Origin: a virus
Lineage: Duplodnaviria > Heunggongvirae > Uroviricota > Caudoviricetes
IMG/VR virus record: IMGVR_UViG_3300037483_001818
Direction: 5' to 3' (one strand)
Length of the DNA: 64,000 nucleotides
Each line of letters opens with the position of its first letter. Positions within the stretch are counted from its first letter, which is position 1. Position numbers and translations under genes: made by a program. The notes under the pieces were generated by a model. That model saw nothing but the letters and a program-made list of their open reading frames with translations. It made no database searches and had not been told where the DNA came from. This document shows, piece by piece, positions 9,491-20,451 of the stretch.

Positions 9491-10270
9491 ATGGCAGCAA
9501 AGAACCCCATCAACGACGTTCCGTTCGGGCAGGAACGTTCGCTCAAGGATCACCTTCAGCGCGCTGAATGGGAGCGCGATCAAGCGGCGCAACTGCGCGC
9601 GAAGAAGCAGCCTGTCGGGTACGAGCACATCGCTCAGGGGCATGAAGATGCGGCGCGCGCGTACGAGAAGCGGGTGAAGGATCTGGAGCGTGAAACGCGG
9701 GAAGGGCACGTCGCAGAGCGTCGGAAGCGCGATCCGGGCGCTTGGAGCTCGCGTGAGCAGCTCATCAACGTTGCACGCGTCGCGGCTGCTGCGGTGTTCG
9801 CGCCGCGCAAGGTCTCTCCGTCGGAGGTCGCGATCAAGAAGGCTCGCGAAGCAGCGTTCAAGGCGATCAAGCGGCACGATCCACTCTCGGGCACGTCGGA
9901 GCATCCCGTTGCGGCTTACGCGCACGGTATCGCCGCGCTCGCCGCTGAGGGGACAGAAGAGGCGCGGCAGCGCTGGGAGACGCAGCGCGCATCTGCGGGC
10001 AAGAGCCGACGCTCCTCGCACAGTACGATCGCTGTACCTGCAACGCGCAACTACGAGTACGTCGTCTACCCGGAGACGTCGCACCGCAACGCTGAACGTG
10101 CGGTGAAGGTTCCCACGCGTCGCGTCGGAGGCGCGGTGCGGCCCTACGATCTTACCGACGCCAAGCGCGTGGCCAAGGAGATGGGATCTCCCGCGTCGAT
10201 CTACAGCGTTAGCAAGGGTCGCTTCGTGGGCTACGTGCACCCGAGCGGTCGTTACGTGACCTTTCGCTGA
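9491..10270 (+). CDS. Multi-module basic protein with SSHSTI linker
   Basis: AAGGAG RBS; linkers REGHVAERRKR and GKSRRSSHSTIA. Confidence 0.65.
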   Translation: MAAKNPINDVPFGQERSLKDHLQRAEWERDQAAQLRAKKQPVGYEHIAQGHEDAARAYEKRVKDLERETREGHVAERRKRDPGAWSSREQLINVARVAAAAVFAPRKVSPSEVAIKKAREAAFKAIKRHDPLSGTSEHPVAAYAHGIAALAAEGTEEARQRWETQRASAGKSRRSSHSTIAVPATRNYEYVVYPETSHRNAERAVKVPTRRVGGAVRPYDLTDAKRVAKEMGSPASIYSVSKGRFVGYVHPSGRYVTFR

Positions 10271-10276
10271 GCGATC

Positions 10277-10369
10277 ATGTGGGTACGGCTCAACAAACGG
10301 GATCGATCCCTCGTGATCGGTATCGTGCTGCTGCTGGGCTCGCTGCTGATCTATACCCAGTCGCAGTAG
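10277..10369 (+). CDS. 30-aa single-TM microprotein
   Basis: MWVRLNKRDRSLVIGIVLLLGSLLIYTQSQ; below the length cutoff of the ORF track. Confidence 0.45.
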   Translation: MWVRLNKRDRSLVIGIVLLLGSLLIYTQSQ

Positions 10370-10388
10370 GTGCTGAGATTAAAGCTGG

Positions 10389-10733
10389 CTACGCATCCTC
10401 CAGCTCTTCAACTTCCCAGCGTTTGACGAGCGTGAGAGAGAAGACGTTGTTGTTCCGTCGGACCGCGCGCAAGACCTTATGGTGACCTGGCTCCGCCAGG
10501 CCGAAGCGCCAGTAGGCCGTTTCTTCGTCGATGGGATCGAAGCCGTACTTGTTCACGCAGCCCTTCCTCAACGTAGGATGTGCTCTCCAAAAGCTGATCA
10601 GTTCGCTGCGGGAATCGGCAGGGATTCGCAGCCCCTCGACGGGTTGAAGCTTGGACATTCGTCTCGCGTTCCGACTGCTCTTGAAGAGCGTCTCTGCGAT
10701 CTCCGCGTCGAGTTGGGCCGGGGTCTTAGCCAT
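10389..10733 (-). CDS. Protein with N-terminal KTPAQLDAEIAETL tag
   Basis: Tag motif; TAGAAT-N6-ATG. Confidence 0.7.
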   Translation of the reverse strand: MAKTPAQLDAEIAETLFKSSRNARRMSKLQPVEGLRIPADSRSELISFWRAHPTLRKGCVNKYGFDPIDEETAYWRFGLAEPGHHKVLRAVRRNNNVFSLTLVKRWEVEELEDA

Positions 10734-10866
10734 AGCCGGATTCTACAGGCGCCGTGAGGTCATTCGGCAATTCCGTACAGGGCGCAGCAAGCCGTGATGT
10801 GAGCACCACGAGCACGCGCTCTTGGCCTAAGATGCCTGCGCACAATTTCACAGAAAGGCCGATGAC

Positions 10867-11442
10867 ATGATGAAGCGAACGATGGCGTGGATGATTGTGG
10901 TGACGATGTTTGTTGCGTGCTCGAATGACCAGGCGCTCTCGTCCGATGACCAGGATCAAGGCCAGGATCAGGGCCTCCCCGAGGGCACTGCGGCGCTCAA
11001 GCGTGATGCCGCAGTTGACGCGCCCTTGTCGATGGATGCGTACGCGGGTGCGAATTCCATCGCATGCCCGAAGGCATCGAACGCGGCGTGGACATGCCAC
11101 CTTCCGCCGGACCACTGCTGCGTCGGCGGCTACGGCACCCCGGTGGTCGGTCAGTGCACGTCCGCGCTCTGCACGGCTCACCAGCTGGACTGCGATGGAC
11201 CGGAGGATTGCACGTCCGGTCAGAAGTGCTGGTCGTATCGGTATCATGATCCTGCACCCCTCGAGACGGCGCACTGGCACCTGATGTGCTCGGCGACAGC
11301 ACCGGGTGGCGAGCTGGACTGGGTGGTCTGCCATTTGAACGCCGACTGCGCGTCGGTTCCTGGCACGACCTGCAAACCCGTGCAATCGCCGTCGGTCGGC
11401 GCGTACGATCTGCCGATCCCGTACAACGTTTGTCACGCGTGA
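10867..11442 (+). CDS. Cys-rich lipoprotein
   Basis: Signal peptide with lipobox FVAC; many paired Cys including CDGPEDC; AGAAAGG RBS. Confidence 0.7.
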   Translation: MMKRTMAWMIVVTMFVACSNDQALSSDDQDQGQDQGLPEGTAALKRDAAVDAPLSMDAYAGANSIACPKASNAAWTCHLPPDHCCVGGYGTPVVGQCTSALCTAHQLDCDGPEDCTSGQKCWSYRYHDPAPLETAHWHLMCSATAPGGELDWVVCHLNADCASVPGTTCKPVQSPSVGAYDLPIPYNVCHA

Positions 11443-12134
11443 TCTAGGATCGCTCGCGCGAGCGTGAGCTTGTTCGGCGACAGATAGCTGCCGATGCTCT
11501 TGAGCCGGACCTTGTCGCGATCGGTGCGCCCCCAGTTTTCGAGATCGACGAAGGCGATCTTGCCGTCGTACGTGAACTGGACGTTCTTGCTGTTGGAGTC
11601 GAGGCCCGGAAGCGCCACCAGCACGCGGAGCAGTTCGCGCAGGACGTTGTCTGCGATGTCCTGGTAGCGGCGTTCGGACTCTTCGCGTCCAACGATGTCG
11701 ATGCGCTCGACGATGAGCACACGCGCTTTCTTGCCAAAGCTCTTGGGCAGCTCGTGGAGGTACTTTTGTGGCACGGAGACGTGCTGTAGGCCCTCGCGGC
11801 GGATGATCTCCGCGACACGCGCAGCGCCCTCGATGCGTGCGGCGTAGTTGGCGTTCTGCTCTTTTTTCGAGACGTCGTCCGCGTACTTTTTGAACAGGTA
11901 GCCAGGCGCTGATGGGTGGGCTGCGACCATGCACTCGGTGTCTTTCGCCGGATCGAGGATGTCAAAGCCCGCTCGCCGCCACGCACGTCGCTTGTCGAAC
12001 ATGTCGGGATCAACAAATAGGGCGGCGAGGTCGAGCGATTTCGGGTCGAAGATCACGCGCTCGACATTACGTGAGTGCTTGCGGACTAGCGATCGGGATC
12101 GATGCGTGTCCAGCCGATCCAACCTGATGGACAC
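11433..12134 (-). CDS. Minimal protein-kinase-like protein
   Basis: YLFKKY (beta3 Lys), LDSNSKNV (DxxxxN catalytic loop), IAFVDLE (DFG equivalent). Confidence 0.65.
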   Translation of the reverse strand: MSIRLDRLDTHRSRSLVRKHSRNVERVIFDPKSLDLAALFVDPDMFDKRRAWRRAGFDILDPAKDTECMVAAHPSAPGYLFKKYADDVSKKEQNANYAARIEGAARVAEIIRREGLQHVSVPQKYLHELPKSFGKKARVLIVERIDIVGREESERRYQDIADNVLRELLRVLVALPGLDSNSKNVQFTYDGKIAFVDLENWGRTDRDKVRLKSIGSYLSPNKLTLARAILDHA

Positions 12135-12517
12135 TAGGAAGGGGGCTGTCCGTTTTCATCGACAGCGAACACTTCGATGTAGTGCCGTGGCTTTCGTCGC
12201 TTTCGTTTGGACAGCGTTAACAACGATGCGAGCGCCTGTAGCATGACCACGCGTCTCTTCTTAGTTTCCTGAGGGATCTTTGTCGCTTGCGGCGAGCTGT
12301 GCGAGGACTGTGGGATCGATGGAGAGGCTGGCTTTCCAGCGTTCCGCGTCGAGCTTTCGCACGTAGCATGTGGCGGCTGTCTCGAGGTCGAGCCCGGCGC
12401 CGCCGACGCCTGTGTTCGCAGCGACCGCACGCGCGAAGTGCAGTGCGGCTTCTTGAAGAGCTTCGATCTCGGGAGCCAACAGCTCGATGTCGATGCCTCG
12501 ATCCTGCTCTGTGGTGC

Positions 12518-13054
12518 TCACGAGGCGGCCCGGCGCTGTCGAGCGGTGACGATGCGGTTTTTGATCCCAGCAAATACCTCCGGCGTCAGGCACAGGTCGT
12601 CGCCGTAGGTCTTGTGCCGGAGCACGGGACCTTGGCGGCAGCGGCGGATCATGGAGTGGCCGCCTGCGTAGCCGAGCAGTGCCTCGCGATCGCTGCGTAC
12701 ATCGCGAGCTCGTCGCCAGTCGATCGCCCAGTGCCGTGCACCATCGAGGTACTGCGCGAGCAGGGGCTTGGATACGCACGTCTTCGTCGGATACGGCGTC
12801 ATCGCGCCGCAGGACACGCGATTGCCCGGCTCTTTTGCCACGACGTTCGTGGTGAACCGCGACTCGTGATAGCTGATCGCGAGGACCATGTCGGCGTTCA
12901 AGTCGTACGCCGCGGCTGCGACTCGGGCGGCCCACACGTGCTCGCGAGCTGTGTCGATGGTGACGTAGCGGGGCGCGAAGCGTTGGAGGGCCTCGGCGTC
13001 CGCGTCGCTGGTCGGCGTGAAGAATGCGAGCGCAATTCGGAGGAGGATCTGCAT
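12518..13054 (-). CDS. Lytic transglycosylase (SLT-like)
   Basis: VLAISYHESRF catalytic Glu, CGAMTP (GLMQ equivalent), ALLGYAGG (AYNAG equivalent); hydrophobic N-terminus. Confidence 0.7.
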   Translation of the reverse strand: MQILLRIALAFFTPTSDADAEALQRFAPRYVTIDTAREHVWAARVAAAAYDLNADMVLAISYHESRFTTNVVAKEPGNRVSCGAMTPYPTKTCVSKPLLAQYLDGARHWAIDWRRARDVRSDREALLGYAGGHSMIRRCRQGPVLRHKTYGDDLCLTPEVFAGIKNRIVTARQRRAAS

Positions 13055-13139
13055 GGGCCCCGTCCTATCACGGAGCTGTGGCAAGAAAGACAGCTGGCGC
13101 GCCCTGGGACGATCCCGTCGCAGTTGGCGTGTCGCATAG

Positions 13140-14195
<1,056 letters not shown>

Positions 14196-14292
14196 GGACG
14201 AATGGCTGAGGCGAGGCGATGATGCCGTTCGGCCAGAAGCCTACTGATTGCCGAATACTGGACCTTGTTTTCGTACGTCGCTAAAGTTAGTC

Positions 14293-15543
14293 GTGGCCGA
14301 CGTCAGCAAGCGCTCTTCGGGCTGCGAGGATGATTGCGAAGATGAGTGCGGCGAGCGCGGTCGCCGAGGTCATCGAGGTCATCGAGGTCACCGCGGACAC
14401 GATGGGCGCGACGGTGACACCGGTCCGACGGGCGCGACGGGCCCTGGATCAGACGCGACAGGAATGACGGGTCCGACGGGATCGACCGGTCCCACTGGCT
14501 CGACGGGGCCGATGGGAACGGCTGCTAACACCGGCGCAACGGGACCGACGGGACCGAACGGCCTCACGGGACCGACCGGTACGATCGGCGGGATCGGCGC
14601 GACGGGACCGATTGGGTCCACAGGATCTACAGGTCCAACAGGTGCGACCGGAGCCGGAGCCATCGGAGCTACTGGCAGTACGGGACCAACGGGCAATGCG
14701 GGACTGACAGGTGAGACCGGTGCTACCGGCAATACGGGATCCGCGGGACCGATCGGAATTACTGGACCGACCGGAAGCACCGGATCGATCGGAGCTACAG
14801 GAACGACCGGTTCCACCGGATCGATCGGAGTCACTGGACCGACCGGCGCGACTGGTGCCGCGTCGACGGTGACCGGACCAACAGGCGACACAGGACCGAT
14901 CGGCGCCGCGTCGACGATCACGGGACCCACAGGCGACACAGGACCGATCGGCGCCGCGTCGACGGTGACGGGACCAACAGGCGACACAGGACCGACCGGA
15001 GCCGCGTCGACGGTGACGGGACCAACAGGCGACACAGGACTGACCGGAGCCGCGTCGACGGTGACGGGCCCAACGGGCAATACAGGACCGACGGGTCCCA
15101 CCGGACCGACGGGTGCGACCGGAACCGCAGGAACTGCTGGAGCTACTGGAGCTACTGGAGCTACTGGAGCTACCGGTGCGACCGGTCCCTCTGGAGCAGC
15201 ACTCAACGTCGCCAACACGTGGACTGCATCTCAAAACGTCGCACGCGTGGCGCTGGTTGATGGCGCTACGATCAACACCGACGCGAGCCTCAGCAACAGT
15301 TTCTCGGTGACGCTCGGCGGTAATCGAACGCTCGCGAACCCGACCAACCTCGTCGACGGTGGAATGTATACCTGGATCATCACGCAGGACGGCACCGGTA
15401 CACGAACGCTAGCGTTCGACACCCTGTTCAAGTGGACAGGCGGCGCTCCCGTGATGTCGACGCCGGCTGGATCCATCGACACCGTGACCGCGTACTACAA
15501 CGGCACCGTGCTCCTGGCGTCGCTTCAGAAAGCCTATGTCTAA
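14293..15543 (+). CDS. Collagen-like fibre with phage tail-fibre-type C-terminal domain
   Basis: Gly-X-Y tract; C-terminus LVDGATI...[16 protein letters not shown]...[11 protein letters not shown] typical of phage fibre tips; GTG start. Confidence 0.8.
   Translation: MADVSKRSSGCEDDCEDECGERGRRGHRGHRGHRGHDGRDGDTGPTGATGPGSDATGMTGPTGSTGPTGSTGPMGTAANTGATGPTGPNGLTGPTGTIGGIGATGPIGSTGSTGPTGATGAGAIGATGSTGPTGNAGLTGETGATGNTGSAGPIGITGPTGSTGSIGATGTTGSTGSIGVTGPTGATGAASTVTGPTGDTGPIGAASTITGPTGDTGPIGAASTVTGPTGDTGPTGAASTVTGPTGDTGLTGAASTVTGPTGNTGPTGPTGPTGATGTAGTAGATGATGATGATGATGPSGAALNVANTWTASQNVARVALVDGATINTDASLSNSFSVTLGGNRTLANPTNLVDGGMYTWIITQDGTGTRTLAFDTLFKWTGGAPVMSTPAGSIDTVTAYYNGTVLLASLQKAYV
14854..15093 (+). 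repeat. Five tandem 48-bp repeats encoding [16 protein letters not shown]
   Basis: Units start at 14854, 14902, 14950, 14998 and 15046. Confidence 0.9.
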
Positions 15544-16052
15544 TGGGTTTTTTTAACCCGATCTCCAAACACCCGACACAGGTCTGCGCCGCCTTCACGC
15601 CTGGCGCCGGTCAGCAGGCGTACACGATTGGTAACTGGCCCGTCACGCAGATGGATGGCGGTGTGTGGTCTTTCACATTCCGGCCGAACACGGCGAGCGG
15701 TAGTTCGGACTGGGCCGGATTCACGGGGCTCTATGCCCAAGATCAAGGAGCGTTGTGGCAAAACGCTCGTGCGTTCGAGCTGTATGCCAATCCGTCGGGA
15801 ACGGACATCCTGGCACTGTCGCGCCCAGCCACTTGGGTGGCGGGCGCGACTATCTCGATCACCATGAACATGCCGATCAAGACGATGACCCTTCAGGGCT
15901 GCTTGACCGGTAACGGAGCCTTCACTTGGACGCAGGTCGGCCCGTACTACAGCAGCACGTTCACCGGGGATGGTGTGTTGGGACGCATGGACTGTGGCGC
16001 GATTGGCTCAAGTCTCGTCTCGAATGCGACCATTCAAGGGATTTGGACTTGA
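15543..16052 (+). CDS. All-beta protein, possible fibre accessory or receptor-binding domain
   Basis: TAATG-coupled to the fibre gene; Trp/Gly/Thr-rich beta pattern. Confidence 0.55.
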   Translation: MGFFNPISKHPTQVCAAFTPGAGQQAYTIGNWPVTQMDGGVWSFTFRPNTASGSSDWAGFTGLYAQDQGALWQNARAFELYANPSGTDILALSRPATWVAGATISITMNMPIKTMTLQGCLTGNGAFTWTQVGPYYSSTFTGDGVLGRMDCGAIGSSLVSNATIQGIWT

Positions 16053-17427
16053 TCGCTTCGAGTCTCAGATCTCCGGTAGTAGTCGTCAGCAAAGCGACGA
16101 CGGCCGCGGCGCACACATCGCGATGCTCGCTTGAAGCATCGCGAGGTGCTGTCGACATAGACGAAGCGTGTAGCCGCCGAGGCGAAAGACGTAGAGGTCG
16201 TCGCCGCGATCGTCGTTGGGATCGCACTCGACGCAGCCGCCGTGTGCCGCGGCGGTGACAGGGCCCAAGATGTCAAGCATGCGGCTTTTCCGGGGCTGTT
16301 TCAGCACTGGGCGCTGTTTCCTCGTAGTGCTCGTGGCAGCGAGAGCGACCAGGTCGCCTTGGTCGTACTTCGTCGGGGATGAACCACTTGGCAGGTCTCT
16401 CACACTTCTCGCACTTCATGTTGCTTCTGGTTTCTTGAGTACCCGCCAAGCGATGGCGGGCACCAGGCGATAGGTGAACCCCGGCTCGTACACGAAGTCG
16501 GCCGGTGACCAGCGGTCGGACGCGCGTGATCCCGCGATCGCGAAACGTACCTGCTCAACGAGGCCCTGGATGTCGAGACGCGCCGTGTGTGCGATGCACT
16601 GGCGCAAAGTGTCGGCTCCCTCGTGCAGGCGTGCACGCGTCTCTGGTGATAATCGCCGCTCGAACGGCGACGGACGTGGCGGGTCAGGATCGTACTCGGC
16701 CAGCGTGGACGAAATACGCCGGAGTCTGTCCCTCGTACCTGATCGAAGACGCTCCCAAAGCTCGGGTACGAGAACGCGCTGGAGGTCTCGATCGGATCCT
16801 GCGGCGAGATAGTCGAGGCGTTCCAAGTTTCGCAGGCAGACCTCTGTCGCGCGAAGAAGGTCGTCGTCGGTCATGGCGATGTATCGCGAGACTTCGTCCA
16901 AGAAGGCGGGACGATCGGTGACCCGCCGCAGGACGGAGGACGGAATCACGCGAGCGAAGGCCGCGGTCACTTTGCGCGCTCTGTCGCCCGTGATGGAAGT
17001 GCACGTGCTTGTGCGGGCTCCATGTGTACGAGACGTGGCATGTACGGCGCGTACCAGTGTCTGGCGACGCTCTCTTCAAGTGCGCTCCAGATCGCAGCGA
17101 AGCGGTGACCGCGCTCGTTGTCCTCGGAGTCCCACTCGAACACTTGGATGTCGAACGGTTGGTGGGGATTGTTGCGCCAGAGGCCGATCGTACGCGCGTC
17201 CTTGAGGGGGCTGCCATCGGCGCTGAGCAGCACGAGCTGGTTGTCGTGCAGATCGTGATCGATCGTTGGCACCGTGAGTACGAATACGGGCCATGCGCCT
17301 TCGGTACCGAAGCCGCGGATCTCGCAGCGGCTGCGGACACGCTCGAGCACGAGCGCGTTGCAGTGTGTCCGCAGGTCTTTGTCGAGAATGACTTGTCCGA
17401 GGTTCGTGATGAGCACTCGCTTTTCGA

Positions 17428-17748
17428 TCATGGAATAGCCTCCGATGTGGACTCGGGAATCTCGTGATCGGCGTAGATCTTCCCCCAGCGAAGGATGCTC
17501 GCGACCATCCAGTCGTAGCCTTCGAAGCCGTGCGACTGCTTGAGGGCCTCGCCTGCGTGAATGATGCGTGCGCGGACCTCGGCTCTCCAGCCATCAGGCC
17601 AGCTGTAGGACCACGATCGTCCGTCGAGCTGGAGGGCACGCTTGTCGTCGAGTTCTTGTATGAGCGTGTAGTTGCGCTCCTCGCCGGACCACTTGCCGTC
17701 CCAGCTGCCCCGGTTGGGCATCGCGAGCTTGAATGCGACGCGAGTCAT
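17428..17748 (-). CDS. Phage-type hypothetical protein (MPNRGSWDGKWSGE...GYDWMV)
   Basis: Trp-rich motif pattern I recall from phage proteins (not searched); ATGA coupling. Confidence 0.6.
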   Translation of the reverse strand: MTRVAFKLAMPNRGSWDGKWSGEERNYTLIQELDDKRALQLDGRSWSYSWPDGWRAEVRARIIHAGEALKQSHGFEGYDWMVASILRWGKIYADHEIPESTSEAIP

Positions 17749-18168
17749 CGGCGCACCGCCAGTCGTGTCGAGAGCGTCGCCGCGCAGCTCATGGCCGCCG
17801 CGTCGAGCACATCCGACGGATACCCACCGACGCGTAGCGCCGTGAGAAACGTCATCAGCAGCAAAGGTACGTTGTCGCGGTTGATCACGACCTTCGCCAA
17901 GCCGGCATCGTGTGTTACCTCAAGGTGCACTTCACCGTTCTCCTGGCTGTGCGTCAGCAATTTTAGTTGGATCATCGGTCTTTCCTCTTCGAGGTATTTC
18001 GGGGGCTTTGCGGCGGCGCAGCGAGGATCTTGGCGACCTCGTCAGCCAATGCAGCAACCAACGTCGCAAGTGTAGTTGGGTCAAGCGCCCGTCCCAAGAC
18101 AGCAAGGTAGCGCGCCTCGACCGCGATCTTCTTCACGCGGGCGAGGGCTGCTTTTCGCGCGGCGTCGG

Positions 18169-18606
18169 TCACGGCAAGTCCTGGCACCGTCGTAATGGTC
18201 TCGCGTCGATCAGCATCGTGATTGCGCTCGGCAGCATGGCGAACAGTGGCGAAGGCAACGCGTCAATCGCGTACCAATCCCAACGTTCGATTTTGTCCGG
18301 CTCGCGGACCTCGGGCTCGCCGGTCTTCCACTGCGTGACAAACGCGAGATCGACGTAGTGCTTCGGCGCGTAGTCCGTGGTGTTGAGCACGCGCAAGAAG
18401 AGCAGCGGCCCGATCTCGATGCCGGTCTCTTCCAGCACCTCGCGGATCGCGCAGCGCTCGAAACTCTCCAGGTGCTCGAGATGGCCGCCGGGTGCCGCGT
18501 ATTCTCCAGCGCCGTGCGACCCCTTGCGTTTGCCGAGCAGTAGCTTGCCTTCCTTCATGACGAGGACAGATATGCCGACGAGAGGTCTAGCGGTGTGTTC
18601 GGTCAT
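18169..18606 (-). CDS. Nudix hydrolase, NUDT15/MTH2-like
   Basis: VGISVLV..LLGKRKGSHGAGEYAAPGGHLE..ESFERCAIREVLEETG..EPDK..WDW. Confidence 0.92.
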   Translation of the reverse strand: MTEHTARPLVGISVLVMKEGKLLLGKRKGSHGAGEYAAPGGHLEHLESFERCAIREVLEETGIEIGPLLFLRVLNTTDYAPKHYVDLAFVTQWKTGEPEVREPDKIERWDWYAIDALPSPLFAMLPSAITMLIDARPLRRCQDLP

Positions 18607-20451
18607 AGTAGTGGCTCCGTTCGTGCGATGCCGACCTTCTCCGCAGCTTCGCGGGCGAACCGCGCGAGCGTGTTGTCGAGTACCTTCCACAGGGCCTTGT
18701 CGTAGCCCTCTTTGCCGACCGCTGCTGTCCACAGGCGGTGGAGTGCTGCGTGCGCCTCGCGAAACATGGCGAAAAACTCCTCTCGCGGATAGGCGGCGAT
18801 GTGCTCTTGCCAGCCGCTGCCGTAGGGTGCCGGTGGTTCGTCGTCGACGGGCGGCTCCAACACCGATCGGCACTCGTCGACTGCTCCGACGAGCTGGAAG
18901 TGATCAGTGAATGTGACCGGAAATGCTCGCAGACGCGCGGCGAGGACGTAGACCTTGATCAGCTCCTCGCGCTCGGCGCGCAGCTGATTGATCGTGGCGC
19001 GGTTGTGAAGGCAGGCCCGACACAAGTATGGCGATCCAGGCTTGGCAGCGCAGCTCTCGCATTCGACGAATTCGGGATGTTCGATCATCGCTAGTTCTCC
19101 TTCCGCACGCGCTCGATATCACGCTCGATGGTGTCTGGATCCGTTTCGCCGTAGTACGTGCAAAACGGGATCGGATGCATAAGGGCGCGTTCGACGCGTC
19201 CCGTGTGCGGATTCTCGACGGGACCTACGTACAGATCGATCCCGCAGCTGGGGCACGGTCCGAGGACCTCGCTGAGATGGACAGCGCCTACGTCGCCAGC
19301 TCCAGCGGCGTCGAGCCCATGCACACGCTTGTCATTTACGCCGCTCACACGCCTAACCGCCGTGTGCTCATCCAGTGCTTGGCGACCTGGACCGCGCGTG
19401 CCTTGTATTCGGGTGACAGCGCGTCGTAGGAGATACCAAGTGCGTCGATCACCGCGCGAACGAGCCGTGTTTCGGGCAGCGTCTCCGACGGTGCGATCGG
19501 TCGGTCGTCGTCTCCGCACGCCTTGCAGTCCAGGGTGAGGCCCTGGGGTGTGATGAGACACGTGCCGATGCACTGGTGGCGCAGGTCGTCACGATCTTTG
19601 TGCGAGCAGTGCGATCGCCGGATCGCTTGCTCGACGGGGTGTTCGCTCGTCACGGCGAGGATCCGTTCGATGTTCCGTTCGCGCATTCGGGGCACGGCAG
19701 TCGAAGCGGTTTCGGGCGTCTGGTTGCGCTCTTCCACACCTCGTGGCCGCACGTCAATGTCACGAGCCAGCGGCTCGCGTTCATGGGTGACTGCGTGATC
19801 GTCGCGACAGGCACCTTTGGAATGGGTGTCTTCACGGCCGGTCCTTCCCGCCGTTGACCTTGACGAACGCAGCAAGCATCCGCTCGATGCTGAGGCACTG
19901 CATGCAGCGCGCGCAGGAGACGCTCTCGTCCCCTGAACCGGCTCGATGGATGCGCCAGGAGTGACCAAGCGCATCACACCCCTCCCCCCCGGGTGCTTTG
20001 GGTCCTTCCGGCGGATGGCTCCCGTGCGGGTCTTCGAGTGGGGGCAGGATTTTCTCAAGTGCGTCGAGCTCGGCCACCTCGTCCGCATCGTTCTTGTCGA
20101 GGTCGTTCCAGGCTTCGCGAGCCAGCTGGACCGCACGGCGTAGGTGCGTCCGTAGATCGGCGATCTGCGCGCGCTGGACCTCCCGCGCCATCTTCTTGGC
20201 CTCGTCGAAGCTCTTGGTCATCGACTCGCCGTAAAGGTGATCGAGCCAGCTCTCCTCGATTCTGAGCATTGGCGGCGGACGATCGTGGACGCGCGCCTCG
20301 TCCTTCTTTGCGCGCACGTGCAGGTGCGCCTGCTCTTCGCTGGTGTCGATGGCGACGAGATAGGGTCGCCCACCGTCGGCCGCTGCCTCCCACACGATCC
20401 AGCAGGGCTCCATGCTGGCCACTGCCTTGAGCTTCTGGGACTCTTGCTCGT

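Noticed and set aside
12145-13095. LexA-like CTGT...ACAG inverted repeats at about 12145 and 13074
   Set aside because: Spacers are 12 and 10 bp rather than 8, and one copy is inside a coding region
14854-15180. CRISPR-like repeat array
   Set aside because: Repeats are contiguous, in-frame collagen codons with no unique spacers, and no cas genes are present
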